DNA of 19,627 bases from Ginkgo biloba (lineage: Eukaryota > Plantae > Ginkgophyta): assembly GCA_024626585.2 (NCBI GenBank), contig JANKJI020000002.1, positions 168,682,179-168,701,805 on the forward strand, given 5' to 3'. The notes beneath the pieces are model-generated. The model ran no database searches, was not told the origin of the DNA, and was given only the letters and a program-made list of their open reading frames with translations. The position numbers and the translations under genes were made by a program. Of this stretch, positions 19,351 through 19,627 are shown piece by piece; within the stretch, counting starts at the first letter, position 1, and each line of letters starts with the position of its first letter.

Positions 19351-19627
19351 CATTTGTTTAAAAGATCCTAGAAGGTGGGCAGGTAATGGCAACTGTGAGT
19401 AATAGTAGGAGGTCTACATCAGTGTACCACTTGATGTCATGTATATTTTTATTATCTACTTGGGATGCAACTAACATTATTTTTGTTTTTGAGGAGGAGC
19501 AAGTAGATATCGTTCTAGTTGTGGAATGGTAAAGATCATCATGAAAAAATTCATGAATATACGACTTCAAAATACCCATGATAATTGAAAGAAGGACTAG
19601 TGACAACTACTATTGTGAAATAAATTG

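Overview
This is eukaryotic, AT-rich, gap-riddled DNA from a draft assembly. It is almost certainly land-plant heterochromatin, and the retroelement motifs suggest a non-flowering plant (inference). I see no intact host gene, RNA gene or CRISPR array. The window is a nest of decayed retrotransposons. From left to right: LTR-like non-coding DNA; a Ty1/copia gag fragment cut by the 5' end of a LINE ORF1; a minus-strand L1-type LINE whose ORF2 keeps its endonuclease and C-terminal zinc finger but has no reverse transcriptase; a minisatellite-rich LTR-like block; a pseudogenised non-chromoviral Ty3/gypsy pol (RT-RNaseH-integrase) followed by a sense-strand 3' accessory ORF; a ~152-bp tandem array; a second, distantly homologous accessory ORF with no gag-pol near it; and an LTR-like promoter block. 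The best leads are the pair of homologous accessory ORFs (plant-mobile-domain-like core plus coiled coil), the stand-alone cassette around the second one, and the RT-less LINE. All protein calls come from manual translation through stops and frameshifts. No database search was run.
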